A stretch of DNA of 63,048 nt, the filler included, from Rhabdomonas costata (taxonomy: Eukaryota): assembly GCA_019059605.1 (NCBI GenBank). It is 31 parts of 31 records of this genome, joined end to end, with 100 filler letters (N's around TTAATTAATTAA, not from the genome) between each part and the next. Parts side by side here need not be neighbours in the genome. Positions count along the whole stretch, not along the records: positions 36,681 to 38,616 come from JAHMHO010007197.1; positions 38,717 to 40,656 come from JAHMHO010007198.1; positions 40,757 to 42,692 come from JAHMHO010007199.1; positions 42,793 to 44,728 come from JAHMHO010007200.1; positions 44,829 to 46,764 come from JAHMHO010007201.1; positions 46,865 to 48,801 come from JAHMHO010007202.1; positions 48,902 to 50,837 come from JAHMHO010007203.1; 24 more parts are not named here. One strand, given 5' to 3'. Each line of letters starts with the position of its first letter. Positions within the stretch are counted from its first letter, which is position 1. Below, piece by piece: positions 36,850 to 50,194 of the stretch. The notes beneath the pieces were generated by a model. The model saw only the letters and a program-made list of their open reading frames with translations, was not told the DNA's origin and did not search any database. Made by a program: the position numbers and the translations under genes.

Positions 36850-37970
36850 TTCAAAGCGGGTATAGCCGCAGCCCCGCAACACTGCGTTGGCACCCCTCGA
36901 GCCCAACACACGAAGCTGCAAGGGTTCGTCCCGAAGCCACCTTCCGCCGTTCCGCAGGATGGCAGCGCTTCCCTCCGAAAGCCTGCGCCCACAGTAGCTC
37001 AGCACCTTGCGCAACACCCGAAGCACTGCGCAGTAGGCGACGTGAAAGCACTGGCAGGGGGAGTTGTCGAAGTCCTCATCCCCGGAAAACTTCGCCGCCA
37101 GGTTCTGCCAGTGATGGGCTGCCTTAACTGCAAGGAACATGGCTTTCCCGTCATCATCTTCAAAGAAGTACTTGAGCACATTGGAGGCAGCTGTAAGCAG
37201 CTGTTCAGATGGACCTGAATGGATTATTGAAAATTCAAGATGCGGAAAACATGAATCAGACAGAGCAACCGAAGCGGGTCGATGGGAAGGGGGATGGAGA
37301 CCCACAGAACTTCCTGGCTGACTTAGGGACAGTTGTGCTTGTTAGATGGCCTTTGTATATGTTTGTGCGATGAAAAGACATACACAAGGCAAGCTGCTCC
37401 TGGCTCCCCAGTGAATAAAAATTCAGTTGCCAACTCTTCCCCATCCGAAACCACGCGCACCCACACGCAACAAATAGGCACGCCCGCACAGAACACGCCA
37501 AGACCTGTTTCTTCGCAGCACAGGGAGCTGCATCGGGAAGACCCGAGCTTTTCCGCCACCTTGAAGACTTGATTCCCCAAATCGCAGGCGGTGGCAAAAA
37601 TGGCCGCGAAGGCCACCATTACTGCGAGAACCATCGGAGGGGCATGGTCCAGAACATACACGAAACCGGCCAAAGCTGCCAGAAAGGCCGCCGGCACCAG
37701 CCCAACAAGTGTAACAAGAACAAAGGCCACACAACAGAGCAGAGCTTGGTACAGTGAGGTGTTCAGCACAACCCTAACCCCCATGGCGATGAGGTACAAG
37801 CCACTGAACAGAGCTCCCAAAAAGACATGGACAAGCAGATTACCCAAAAGAATGAAAGCCGTCAAGAAGAGTGCCAACGCTCGAGTGAGCTGGAGTACCA
37901 CCACCGGGAGCCCTGCTACTACGGAAGCCCCAAGAAGCACAAAAATGCCAATGATAGCAAAATAGGCCAT
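36850..37970 (-). CDS. Unknown multi-pass membrane protein, 2 exons
   Basis: Exon 37970-37505 has about 4 hydrophobic spans and joins exon 37214-~36850 (GPSEQLLTAASNVLKYFFEDDDGKAMF..) through a phase-1 GT-AG intron. Confidence 0.55.
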
Positions 37971-38412
37971 ACGTGAATCAACTACAAATGTCAAGAAACA
38001 TGAAAGAAGACAACCAAAAGAAAGCTGTCAAAAATAGAGAGAGAACGGAGGAAGCGCGCAGAAACCACTACTTCCCGGCCCGAAGGACCCTTTGGCCACA
38101 GTACTACCTTCGCCTGGCCGCGGCTCGGCTTCGTCACAAAAATAACGTTGTCCCTTTTGTGCGGTAACTCCCGAGAATAGCTCATCGTCGTTCCTGGGAA
38201 AATTCACCAAAGTCAGCCTCTAATACCAGAAACACCCAAGAAAGATACCCCAATACAAAATTCCAATGTTGAAACACAGCGTTCAACAACGTCGTTGAAC
38301 CCTTTAACACCCCATACACATGCATTCCCACAACAGAAAGCTCAAACCCCAGACTGCCCGAAGAGAAGCTGCGCAAAGTGCCTTCGGTAACCCGAATTCT
38401 CCGAGCTCAATG

Positions 38413-38616
38413 TCACGGCGGCAGTAACCATGTCCGAACAGTGCCGTCTCTTCCCCCGCTTGCTGCAATTTCTCCGCTCACCGAGCAGCACAGCACCGAG
38501 TCAGTGTGACCTCGAAACGTGGCCAGTTCAGTTCCCCGACGCAACTCCCACACTCTAACACAGCTATCCCAGCTCGCGGTTACCGCCCTCCGCTCGAAAG
38601 GGTCGGCACACACCAC
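38413..38616 (-). CDS. C-terminus of a WD40-repeat protein
   Basis: AVTASWDSCVRVWELRRGTELATFRGHTDSVLCCSVSGEIAASGGRDGTVRTW..*. Confidence 0.88.
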   Translation of the reverse strand: MVCADPFERRAVTASWDSCVRVWELRRGTELATFRGHTDSVLCCSVSGEIAASGGRDGTVRTWLLPP

Positions 38617-39237
38617 NNNNNNNNNNNNNNNNNNNNNNNNNNNNNNNNNNNNNNNNNNNNTTAATTAATTAANNNNNNNNNNNNNNNNNNNNNNNNNNNN
38701 NNNNNNNNNNNNNNNNGGTGTGTGGGGAAGTTCCCCTGGGCTTCGTTGGACTCTAATACCCAGATATATATTGGTTCACGGACGTGAACCACAGGGGTGG
38801 TTCACGGGGGGGGGGTCGAGTGTCAGCTTAACCCCGTATTCTTTTTGTCTCTTCGCAAGGCGGCTCTGGACTGGTGGCTCCGGCGAGGTGCCCCCCCTCC
38901 GCTACGCCGCCCTATGGCAATCCTTCCGCAACCACTCTCACTCTTCTCCGGCAGACACCGCCCTTCCTTGGGAGACCCTCCTCTCCCTTCGCCGCGTCCC
39001 CGCCCTACTGCCCGAGCCCATGGAGAACCGCACCCGCACTCCTCCCACCACCCCGCGGAGCCCCGCAGGGGAGGAGAGAGTCCCCTTGGAGGCCTTCTGG
39101 AAGCCCGACCTAGGGGACCACGGCCCACTGGGGGTGCTGTGGACCTCCTTCCAAGATGCCGTGAACCGCTTTGCGGGGCCTACGGCAGTGGCCACGCTGC
39201 GTACCCGCAGCCCCAAACCCCTTCCCGTGGTCCTCCA

Positions 39238-39239
<2 letters not shown>

Positions 39240-39279
<40 letters not shown>

Positions 39280-39295
39280 TACACACGTATACACA
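39240..39295. repeat. (CA)n microsatellite
   Basis: Long CA run with a degenerate tail. Confidence 0.92.
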
Positions 39296-39949
39296 CTGTG
39301 GGTGAGACATCCTCGGCTAGCGCAGCAAATCCACGACTATTGTTTTGGTTTACCAGCTTTGCCTGTCATGGGAGTGCAAGTTTGAAGTGCTGGGGAGGGT
39401 TCGCGGTTGTGGGGTCTGGATCTGAAAGTGGTCTTCTTCAAAAAGCGGTGACCCAAAATGAATAGGAAAAAATGAGAAACTGGACACGTGCTGAGGGGTC
39501 CTCCATTCCAAACCGACCCTATGCACTCCCCATTTTCTCTAAGTACTTCCCTCCCCCCGCCTTCTGCTCATTGTGTTCCCCACGCAACTGTACCCTTGTG
39601 CTTTTGCGCCGCTGTTGCTGCCGTGTGCATCCCGTGTGCATCCAACCCTCTGCTATGTGTCGCCGCTACATTCGTATCCACACTGGCTTTCCTTGCCTTT
39701 CTTCTTCCTTTTTGTGTGTGTGCTGACTCCTGCCACTGCAAGAACATTTGTGCCGCAGTGCTGAACCGACCCTATGAGTCGTGAGTCCAGGTCGGAATTT
39801 GCGGCACAGTTATGATTAAACGGAACCCAAATTACAAGCTCATTGCTCTTAGTGCTTCGTTTCTCATCCTTCTATGCCACCTGTTGCGGAATTTTCTTGT
39901 CTGACAACGGTAACTGGTCGGCACAAGAAAAGCACACACGCACACACAG

Positions 39950-40524
39950 GTGAAATCTTTTTGCGGGCTGACCACCTTCTTCAACCCCTCCCGGTACCCC
40001 AACAAGCTAGTGCACTTCCGGAGGTTCCGGTCCACCACGAAAGTTCAGGGCCTGTGGCTGTTGACGGTGCAGCTCGCGTTTGACGAGTATGAGCGCTAAA
40101 AATAAAAATGAGTATACGGTGAGGTGCGTCATGGCACGAGGCACAGGGCCAATACCTAAAGTGCGCATAATGGTCAGCGATGACCATTTTTGCCGAACCA
40201 ACTCTCTTCCCCATCTGTGAGAAAGAGCGGCGTCACACTTCGCACGGTTCCTCAATTTCCTCATCGTATGGTGCCCTCACCATAACCATGTGGCACCGGA
40301 ATGGTCCTGGCTGCCTTTTTGCCTCTCCCGCGCCGTGGCCCCCACAGTGACCCCTTTGAGGTGCAGCAGAACGACACCGACATGCTGATCTCGCTACGCA
40401 CCCCCTCCGTGAACGCCTTCTTCGCCAAAGAGAGCCTGCTGAACGTGGGGCTGAGCCACCTCCCAGCATCCTGCGAGTATATGGCGTGGATCGACGCCGA
40501 CGTGATCTTCACAAACCACCACTG
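39950..40524 (+). CDS. Putative GT-A-fold glycosyltransferase-like protein (DAD motif), internal exons
   Basis: Exons 39950-40086 and 40348-40524 join at phase 2: VKSFCGLTTFFNPLRYPNKLVHFRRFRSTTKVQGLWLLTVQLAFDD-DPFEVQ..LISLRTPSVNAFFAKESLLNVGLSHLPASCEYMAWIDADVIFTNHHW. A probable upstream exon lies at ~38860-39199. Confidence 0.7.
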
Positions 40525-40756
40525 GTATGCTGCGATGGTGTTTGGTGATTGGATGGTGGGTGACTTTGACGCATTTGATGTGCGATTCCTGTCTAGTTTT
40601 CAAGAACGCACACCACACACACACACACACTCACGATGACATGAAAACAAACCAACNNNNNNNNNNNNNNNNNNNNNNNNNNNNNNNNNNNNNNNNNNNN
40701 TTAATTAATTAANNNNNNNNNNNNNNNNNNNNNNNNNNNNNNNNNNNNNNNNNNNN

Positions 40757-42692
40757 TGTTTGTTGGAGGGTGAGGATGATGGTTGAGGTTTTGTGGTGTC
40801 ACTCGTGGAAGGCAAAGTGGTTCTAGAAGTTGGATTTGCACGCTGGTTTTCATCAGGTACGCATTCATACAGAGCATGTGGATGGAGGCATTTAAGAAGA
40901 AGTATGGGTCATTTCAGTTTTGCAATGCCCCAGTCACGTTCCAGATAACAATGGACTTCATTTTAGAAGACTTGAGAGAGACAAAAGGGGCGTGTGTAGG
41001 TGACATTTTTGTCCACGCGGATGCGTTGGACGCACATGTGGAGGCATTGAGGGTGTTGTACTAGAGATCAGACCTATAGAATATGTATGCTAATCCAGAG
41101 AAGTGTGTGCTTGCACAGCCAGAAGTAGATTATTGTGATTTATTTCGTGGAGAAATGTGATAAGACCACAGCCGAGGAAGTTGATGGCCGTGTACAAGTG
41201 GACGAAGTTGAGGAACCATACAGATGTGAAGAGTTTCCTCGTGATGTGTGGGTTTTATCAGAGATTTGTGGAAAATTATGCCACAGTGGCATCCAAACTG
41301 ACGGATTTAATGAAGAAAAGAGTGACTAAGGAGCAAAGGTCAATAGACGGCGTTTCAGATGTTGAAAGACAAACTGTTGAAATCTCCAGTTTTGGTCGTT
41401 GCAGACTTTAAGAAGCCAATTGTGCTTCACACTGATGAGTCAGATGTGGGAATTGTTATCACGGTATGACGGCAATGTGAAGATGCATCTGGTAGCGTGT
41501 TAGTGTGTAAAGCGGGAAAGTTGTCCACAGCTGAAAAAAATACCCTGTGCATCAAAAGAAATGCTAGCTTTGGCAGACATATTGGTAGAATGAATGCATT
41601 ACTTTCTGGGTTCAGTTGTCAGAGTTCACGTGGATAACGTGGCGCTGAGATATTTGCACAACACCACTAAGCCGTCGCCAAGGCAAGTAAGGTACTTGGA
41701 AAGACTCCAGAGGTATACTATGAAGATTGATCCCATTCCAGGAAGGCAGAATGTTGCTGCAAATTCACTGTCTATGCACCAAGTGGACAAAGTAAGCTTG
41801 GAAGCAATAGAATGGGATTTGTGTTTTGCAACACTGAGATCTGATGGACCACTCTGTGCACCCCTGATGGTAGCATCAAATGGGGAGCAAGACTACTTGT
41901 GGCAAGATTACTTGTTAGACCCAGTAGTGAGGATGAGGTACTTCAACTTGACTACAGCGGAGTTTTTGGATCCGAAGAAGTGCCACCATGGCAGACTTTG
42001 GGAGTCAGGAAGATTGTAGTACCAATTCAGAGAGAACAAGAGGTAATTTCCACGACTCACACGCAGCAGGTTACTGTGGAGTTGACATCACGGCCGTCCT
42101 GAAGTAAAAGTTCAGGAGCATCAAAATAAAGGTACGGGATTACGTGCGCACTTGTGGTGTTTGACAAAGATGCAAAGCGGAGCACCAATTGCATAGAGGT
42201 CACATCCAGGTTTTGGAGATGCTAGTGAGGAAATGGGAATCTATATCAATAGATTTCGTTTCCATTCATCCATGTCTCTGGAAATTTTCTGATAAAGGAT
42301 TGGAGGTGAACGAGGTGTTGACTGTCACTGATATGGCAGCCAAGATTGTGGTTCTGATACCACGTCACAATGAGATGAATGCCCATGACATTGCGGAGTT
42401 GTTTTGGTGAGAAGTGGTCAGACATCATGGGTTGGAGTAGAGTGAGTGACATAGATGCGATATTTTTGTCGTTGTTCTGGAGAGATTTGATGGCTATTTT
42501 GGACATCCAGACCATAAAATCCTCGCCAATACCATCCACAGACCAACGGGAAAGCAGAGCGTACCAATTAGACCACGAAGCAGGTAATGACCACGCTGAT
42601 GTACTCGCATCCAGGAACTGGTTGGATTGACATTTTAGTGTTGGTGGATATTGCGATCAGCAGTGAACCCACAAACCAAACACACTGAACAG
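40757..42692 (+). mobile_element. Decayed Ty3/gypsy LTR retrotransposon pol (RT-RNaseH-integrase)
   Basis: RT: KLDLHAGFHQVRI, CNAPVTFQ, CVGDIFV (YxDD decayed), NPEKC. RNase H: PIVLHTDESDVGI, HVDNVALRYL, RQVRYLERLQRY, IPGRQNVAANSLS. Integrase: KWESISIDFV, VSDIDAIF, HPQTNGKAERTN. The order RT-RH-IN is gypsy-type; many stops and frameshifts. Confidence 0.93.
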
Positions 42693-42792
42693 NNNNNNNN
42701 NNNNNNNNNNNNNNNNNNNNNNNNNNNNNNNNNNNNTTAATTAATTAANNNNNNNNNNNNNNNNNNNNNNNNNNNNNNNNNNNNNNNNNNNN

Positions 42793-44624
42793 CGCCCCGC
42801 CAGAAGTACCTCGTAGGGCAAAGTCAGCAGCTGAGTCGTGACGCTCAGGTGGGCGATGTACCGCGTGTGGAAGTCATGTGCCATTCTCAGAGTGGGCAAA
42901 TCGTGGCTCAGCCACACCACTCGAGGGGGGGCACTGGGGTTGCTCTGGGCCCCACTGCCCCGGGGGGCTCCCGGGCTCAGCCAGTGATGCACGAGAAGCG
43001 CCGAGACGTGCAGGTGGACCATCGTGAAGGGGCACACGAAAAGGCTTCCACTGCTTGTACCACTATGCAAATGCAAAACCAGTGGGCAACAAATGAGCAT
43101 AAAACAACAAGTGCGACCACAACATAGTGGGCAGGGAAGCTTTGGGACTTTGGGACGCACGGATGTGAAGAGGGGAGCAATTCATACCCCCACCGGACGC
43201 CCCCACAACGATAGCGTATGTGCTCTGTACCTGTTCCCCCTTCCAGCGGGTCATGGCGCTTTGAACTAATTCACATAGATCCACAAAAATTCACACAGTC
43301 CCCAAACCCTTCCCACATCTCATACCGTTCAAAGAATAAACTGAGTGTACCATTTTTTTTACGGAACCCTATAAACACGGTTATATATTACGAGGGCTTG
43401 AAAGGGCGTCGCATACGACAATTGCCTCACCAAAGAGAGCTGGTACTTCGCCACGGCATTGTGGGTTGGCACCGCAATAGCAGCTCCCGTGGTAGGACTC
43501 ACAGCCTTCTCCTTCGAGCTGCTCTCACAGGGCGCCGCCCCCACCTCTGCTGCTCGAAGACTGGCCCCTCCGCGGGTCCGCTTCAACACTTCAACGTAGC
43601 ATTCAAGGCCAGTGACGGGCTGGGGCACAAGCTGCTGTCTTGGTTGATGCGGGGGTTGCCTGACAACGGGAGCTGGGTCACGGCGAAGTGTGCGCTTGGC
43701 CGTGAAAAAGCCGCGAGGCTGAGCTATGGTCGGTAGGAAGGGAAGGGCACTTCCTGTGGTGGGAAAAGTGGCATCCTTCGGAGCCTTTGGTGGCTTTCTG
43801 GGCTCACGCGGAGCTGGAGCTGGACGTGAGTGGGCAGCCCGGCGTGGGTTAGGGTTAGTGGAATGGGGCAGGGCAGCGGCAAGGCTCAGGAAGTGTAATG
43901 CCGCGGAGGTGGCAGCCACGGCGGGGCCACAGCACTCCAGGACGCCTGTTTCCACCGAGTAACTGAGTTAGGCGAGGCATAGGACGGAAATGAAAAGATC
44001 CCACAAAGTAGTAGCATTTTTCATGGTTGAGTTATGAACATACAGATCAAGGTCAGTGCACAGCTGTTCAATGCAGACAGCTGATTTGGAGCTTGTCCTA
44101 AAAACGAAGTTGCTTGCGAGCAACTGTATCCACAGAAATAGTAATACTACTGTCCACGTTACGTTTGCCCATGCTGGGATGCTGTGTTCACTGGACACAG
44201 GCTGCAGTTAGTGTCAGTGGAGTGGCATGTGTCCTGGTGAAGAAGAGAGAGACTCGCGGGCAAACTACCGCCAATCCAGATCGTTCACCAGGTCTTCCTC
44301 CTCTTGCCCTCCCTCTCGCAGCAGTTGCTGCGCCATAGCCCGCCTCCGCCGTAGCTCTGTAATTGTGCCCGTGGCGGCGGCTTCCTCAGCCTCTGCCTCG
44401 CGCAGCTCCTCGCAGTTGCATCGCGCGCTTCTTTCAATGAGCAAGCCTACGCGGTGTCGACAGCGTGGAAGGGCGTCCAAATGCTTTTGCCACCAAACTT
44501 GGGTAACAGTGCCATTCTGAATGTCGACGAAAAGGAGGCCCTTCAGCTTGGCGTGCCACGGAGTGTGCTCAGCCATGTGTGGAGGAACCTCATAAGGGCG
44601 GCGAGGAACATACTCGGGATACTC
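42793..44624 (-). CDS. Unknown multi-exon protein fragment
   Basis: Exon 44624-44289 is bounded by AG/GT (EYPEYVPRRPYEVPPHMAEHTPWHAKLKGLLFVD..EEEDL). Further GC-rich open frames lie at 43359-43955 and 42793-43050; the splicing is not resolved. Confidence 0.45.
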
Positions 44625-47103
44625 CTAAAACCAAACAGAGTCAGAGTCAGAATCAGAGGCAGGGTCAGATTGACGTTTACGGACCGCAAAGACGAAGCTT
44701 CATAACATAGAAAAAATGACAACACAAANNNNNNNNNNNNNNNNNNNNNNNNNNNNNNNNNNNNNNNNNNNNTTAATTAATTAANNNNNNNNNNNNNNNN
44801 NNNNNNNNNNNNNNNNNNNNNNNNNNNNTTGTGGGTGTGTTTGGGTTGGTTTTGGAGAATTCGGAAGTCGGAGCCTCGGGAAAGGGAGAGAGTGTGGCCT
44901 CATAGGGTTCTCCTAATCTTCTTTATGGAGAGTGACTCCTTCGTACTCACTCCCTATTTTCAGCTCCTGGGAGTTGCTTGTTGTTGTGCTGGTTTGATCT
45001 TGTCGTTCTGGCGGCTGTGTAATGTGTGACCAGACCACTGGCTGCCTGTTGAGTTTGGGGTGCCCGAGGCTCTCTTTCCGTCACTCCCTCCCTCCTCCTT
45101 CTCTTTGACTGACAGTGTGCTTTGGGGTGTGAAGTTTGCGTGGCGCATTGTTTTCTGTGGCGTCATTGGTGGGCATAAGCAGTAGGTAGTGGTATTTCGA
45201 GTTGCCAAACCATTCAGATTGATTTCACAATCCGTTCAGATGTGATTTTGGAGGAACTTTAACTCGTTATTGTTCAGCGTTACAGGTTGACTAGTTGAAG
45301 ACAACAGCAAATTGAAAACTCAGAGAAAAACCCAATTCCTCCAAACACGCTCAGTTCGTTCGTCCGTGCATCCGGGGAATCCAAAGGTCTCGATTGTGCT
45401 ACAAGACAAAGGTAGTCACCCTGAAATTCTTGAAAGGATGTGACTTTTCTGTAAAGTTGGCTACTTTCGCTTTTTTGCTTGCCCTTCACAAACCACTGGC
45501 TGGCTGGCGTACTCTCGGACATATAACAAAAGAGAGATGCAAGATAACAAGAGAGGACCATGATGGGACAGTTTATTCGCGTCATTTACGTATGTGCGCT
45601 ATGCTTGTGAGCTACATCTTTTTGGGGTGTCAAATCCGGTTGTGGTTAAACTGCTTGGAGCCTTTCGGAGTCAGAAATTCTTTCACTTTTAAGTTCACGA
45701 CTTTTTCTTCGCCGTTATTGCCACGGGAAGAAAACTATTTGACAAAGTGTTATAGGGTCAATAATCTCCCAGCTCGAACCCCTCTTCCCTCATTGGGTCA
45801 ATGTTGACTTTTATGGTAGTCTGGCTGCCCCATTGTGAAACAACATTGACTACATGGGGAAAGGGGGACACGTAAGCTTTGCACTGCAACCCCAAAAGTG
45901 CCCAAATCGGCTTTTTCCAGCTCAAAAAGGCCAGTATTAGGGGTTTTTAGGCCAAAAGTGATGAAAAAAAGAAGAAGAAAATTACAAGTAAACGCGGATG
46001 ATTGGGGTGGCAACAACACAAAAAAATTACTTGAGGGTGAGTCTCGTCTTGGGGAGGGTAAGAGGAGTTCCGTGGACGGAGAAGCAACAAGGTATTGAAT
46101 TATTGACCCCCTTTTACTGCGTGATAGGGCATTTTAAAATCGAGTTGTCATTTCTTTGTCTCATTAGCGTTGTTCTGAGCGGTTTCAGAAGAACTGTGTT
46201 GTGTTTTTTCCGACGCGGGATGCGGCATACCTTTGTTTGTTTTTCACAGCCCTTTTCCGCTGTGCAGTGCTTTGAGAGGGGTGATTCTTAACTGAAAAAT
46301 GTTATGAATTGGCGGTTTTACACTCCGTCCGTTTCCGATTTCGGTGAGATCTGTCCACTTTCTCAGCTAATGGTATGCTTCCGATTTGGCTCTCACAGTG
46401 TTTGATTACTCCATGGTTTCCGGTTACTGCTGGAGTTGCGCTTCGGGTAAAACCACTTTTGGCCAACCCTTGCGGTTTCTCCTTTGCTATTCACCGACTT
46501 GTGGGGCAGGTATTGTGTGTGGCATTGTGTTTTTCGAAACGCGAGGTTTGTGAACCCCCTTTTCCTGTTCCTCCACCACAGGAACCCCCATGCAGCTTCC
46601 CTGCAGTCAGCGGGATCGGAACAGCAGCAGCGACTGTGCAATAATCAGTGCACCACACAGCGCATGTGTGCAGCCAGCGCTCTTTCAGCAACCCCTCCCC
46701 TCAGCCCCGCGTGCAGCCCTCCCTCCACGGTACCGCTCGCAGCGCGAGAAAAGAGCGCGTCATGNNNNNNNNNNNNNNNNNNNNNNNNNNNNNNNNNNNN
46801 NNNNNNNNTTAATTAATTAANNNNNNNNNNNNNNNNNNNNNNNNNNNNNNNNNNNNNNNNNNNNATTCCAGGGATGCGTCCAGTTCACATTCCACGCTGC
46901 TATTGGGTCTGTGTGATAGCGTAGCTTGTGAGTACACCTGAAATCACACCGAGGCTGAGCACGAGGCGAGATATACGTACCCCCCACCCCCACCCACAGG
47001 GGATAATGCCCGTGTCCCTTGGGACCTTGGTTTCCTATTGGAGAAGGGGCGTGACTCCCTTAAACGATGTCATCGGAGCAGACATGCTCTTGAAGCGGGG
47101 AAC

Positions 47104-47767
47104 CTGGTGCAGCACCCGCAGGACCAGTGCGATCCTCTGCCCGAAGCACCCATCGTCGCAGATCATGGAGGCTTGGGTCAGCAACAGCATCTCATCAAAG
47201 AGGCACGAGGAGATGTCCACGCTGTGGTGGTGTCTCATGCAGAACGAGATCTGGGAACCACCGAAAAAAATGAAACCGCAATACCACAGCATTCCACAAA
47301 CACACACACACACACACACACACCACAGAAAGAGAAACAAAAGCCAGTGTGTATGCCTGAGCGTCGGGGCGATCGAGGCGAGTGTTGACTGAAGCTGAGG
47401 AACGCTGGCCGAGGGCAGAATAGATCAGGTGCTCATCATTTTGCACCACCCCAAATCAGGGAACCCCGAGAAGATATCTTTCCATTACGCCTCCAGAAAA
47501 CAAACACCACTGCCCGGTTTGTGAAGGCTAGATATCTGCGCTCTCACTCAGTGCTGTGGTTCGCAGTGAGTCAGAGCTTGTAATAACGGGGGGGGCATGC
47601 TACTGGGGGTAAGGTACCTTTTCCTCAAGGAGGTCGCCCAGCAAGGCCGAAGCCGCGGCGTCGTTGTGGGTGAGCGAGCACAGGATGGAGCGCGCCTTGG
47701 CCTTGTCCCGAGCGCAGCCCCGGTGGATGTTGTGCGTAAAGAGCTCAGGGATCAGCCCCTGCAGCAC
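47104..47767 (-). CDS. UBR4: UBR4/BIG (calossin) E3 ligase, internal exons
   Basis: Exons 47767-47618 (VLQGLIPELFTHNIHRGCARDKAKARSILCSLTHNDAAASALLGDLLEEK) and 47250-47104 (ISFCMRHHHSVDISSCLFDEMLLL..GQRIALVLRVLHQ) match the ELFxNNIHxG..ARA..KIxYCLxHHxSxDI..EMLLL block I recall from plant BIG/UBR4. Confidence 0.82.
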
Positions 47768-48963
47768 CTGAAGAGACAAGATAATAAAACAACCCCCTGT
47801 TCTTTCTCGTTCAGAAGCATTTCCACTGCCCCCCAACACGGTCCAGGGCGAATCTCAAAGCACGGCTCGGCACCCCAGCGGGGGAAGGTGGAAGCCGGCA
47901 CTGTGAGTTCCGGAAGAGGACTTTATTCTTTAACTTAGGGACAGTTGTGTCTGTTTGTTCGTGTTTGTGCGATGTCCGGAAGAGGACCGCCACCATAGGG
48001 GAATTTTGAGATAAACAGGGAGACCGCAAGAGCAAAACTAACACGACAGCTTTCTTGGAAGGAAAAACAGAGAGTCTGGCTCATACCAGTCTGGGACGGA
48101 CAAGGCTGGAGCACTGGTTTGATACCAGTGCTGCTGCGGCGACACCCTCACAAGGGCCAGCTTGGTCTGAGAACGAGGTAGAGTGGTGGAAGGGGCTGAC
48201 GGGGGAGAGGAGAGGAAAACGAAACTTGACATGCAGAAGGGAAGGACACGGAATTGGGACATGGTTGGACAGTGTTATCTGGGACAGGATCACGATGCGA
48301 AATACCAGCCCAGAGTTCCGGTCCGGTCCTGGAGTTATTTTGCTTATTTTGAGATTTTTCCTGACCTTGCCGAGCCAAATGTTACGACGGAGGCAGTCAG
48401 CTTCTGATGCGCACGTGTACAATCAGAAGTTGGCTGAGAGACCGGTGCTTCCGTGCTTCCGGCACCGTACAATGGTGGGAGGCCAAGAGAGCAAACATGG
48501 AAAACAGACAAAAACAGACGCATAATGGGGTGTGCATAACAAACCGTCGTAGACAGCCGAGCGCGGGCGGTGCCAATCATGTTAAACCCAAAACACGCAA
48601 AGCAAGCAGCCATCCGCCACCGTGAGAGTGGTGTCTGGGGTCGTTCCACCTCAAAGGGTAAAGGAAGGTCTTCATGTTATAGTTGCGGGCAAACATAAAT
48701 ATAAACAGACGAAAAGAAAACAAAAATGGAAAGAAAACACGAGGAACTCGTCTCAACTTTATTTCTGATGTAATCTGCCCAATTCTGCAACAACCCAACA
48801 CNNNNNNNNNNNNNNNNNNNNNNNNNNNNNNNNNNNNNNNNNNNNTTAATTAATTAANNNNNNNNNNNNNNNNNNNNNNNNNNNNNNNNNNNNNNNNNNN
48901 NTTTTTTTTTGTCATGATCTGAGGGTGGTTTTCCTGTCATATCCCCTTCGCTCTTTTTCGAAG

Positions 48964-49215
48964 ATCCTGGCGGTTTATGCGGAGGTGTTCTTCGCGACAT
49001 TCCCGAGCTCCTGGGACGAGCTGGTGCTGTATGCTCGCCGCTGGCTAGGCCGGCGTGGTGCGCAGGCCCAGTTTGGGCTGTACTTCACAAAGCTGAGGCG
49101 GCGCAAGGAGCAGTGCAGGGCGGGCGGGCCCTCTCGGGCACCCGCACGGGCGCGCAACCTCCACGGCTGGAACCTCAACTGGAACTTCTGCCCCTTACTT
49201 CGGGCGTTGCTCTGA
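48964..49215 (+). CDS. Terminal exon of an unknown protein
   Basis: Pyrimidine tract and AG, then GC-rich ILAVYAEVFFATFPSSWDELVLYARRWL..WNFCPLLRALL*. Confidence 0.45.
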   Translation: MLAVYAEVFFATFPSSWDELVLYARRWLGRRGAQAQFGLYFTKLRRRKEQCRAGGPSRAPARARNLHGWNLNWNFCPLLRALL

Positions 49216-50194
49216 GGCTCTAATCCTCCTCTGAGGGAATGATCACATCAGAGTTGCTCACGGTGGGGGTGACAACAATCGGTCTTTCTAGCCGGTTTGC
49301 TAGCGCTCAACTTGAAAAAGATGTCAAAGTCATCCCTCTTCATGTAAATTTGATGGTTTTTTTCTGCCGTGAATGAAATTCGGCAATGTGTTGAATGCTT
49401 TGCGGAAATGGTAATGCAGCGGTCATTCACACTGAGAACAGTTCGAAGAAGTTAATTGCGACATCAGGCAACTGCAGTCATGAGACCCCTTGCCGTCCTT
49501 ACAAGAAACCATTATACATCACAATGCAGCAACAATCTTCAGAAAAGATCACTCCTTGAGATGTCATGACTGGAAGGAGGGCTGGAAAGCTGCGAGTGAG
49601 ATCCAACTGAACTGGGAGTTTCTTTTGACCAGTGACCACTAAAGCAAGGCTCCCCCCGCCATTTCCATAGTGACCCATGACGTATGACGCTAAGGGCGGC
49701 AGACGAAGCTGCCGGGTGCTCTTGGCCACAAGAGGAAAATGATTGCTGCATAACATCTGTGGCACTTAACATCGGCGTGCATTCTTCAATTCTTTCTCCT
49801 CAGTGATCTTTTTATTCGCGTTAACTGATAACAGATGACTTTTAGCGGTGCTGTTCAGGCCTGCCCAACCTTTTATGAGGCAGGATGTTTGGCTTCACCT
49901 TGTTTTTGCCCGTGTCCGTTTTGCCGCGACATCACTCCTTCGTCGATGGCTGTTGGACTTCCAGCCGATGTTACGCTCTTGCAGCCGTGGCACCAGCTTG
50001 ACTGCCGAACCGCGTTTCCACTCATTGCACCACACTCAACTCCAGAGGGGAGCTTTGTCTATTCCCCACCACCTTCTTTGCCGAAGTCAGTGTGCTCGTC
50101 TTCGGGCCCTCCCGTGATTCACCACGTTTGTGCCGCGACAAGGACGTGCCCTTCGAGGAGGAAATGCTGTGGTGCAAAGCGCTCCTGTAAAGAG

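Noticed and set aside
42793..43460. Degenerate DExD helicase (KYQLSLV / LFVCPFT / RVVWLSH)
   Set aside because: No Walker A GKT or DExD motif and the exon joins are unresolved; too weak to call.
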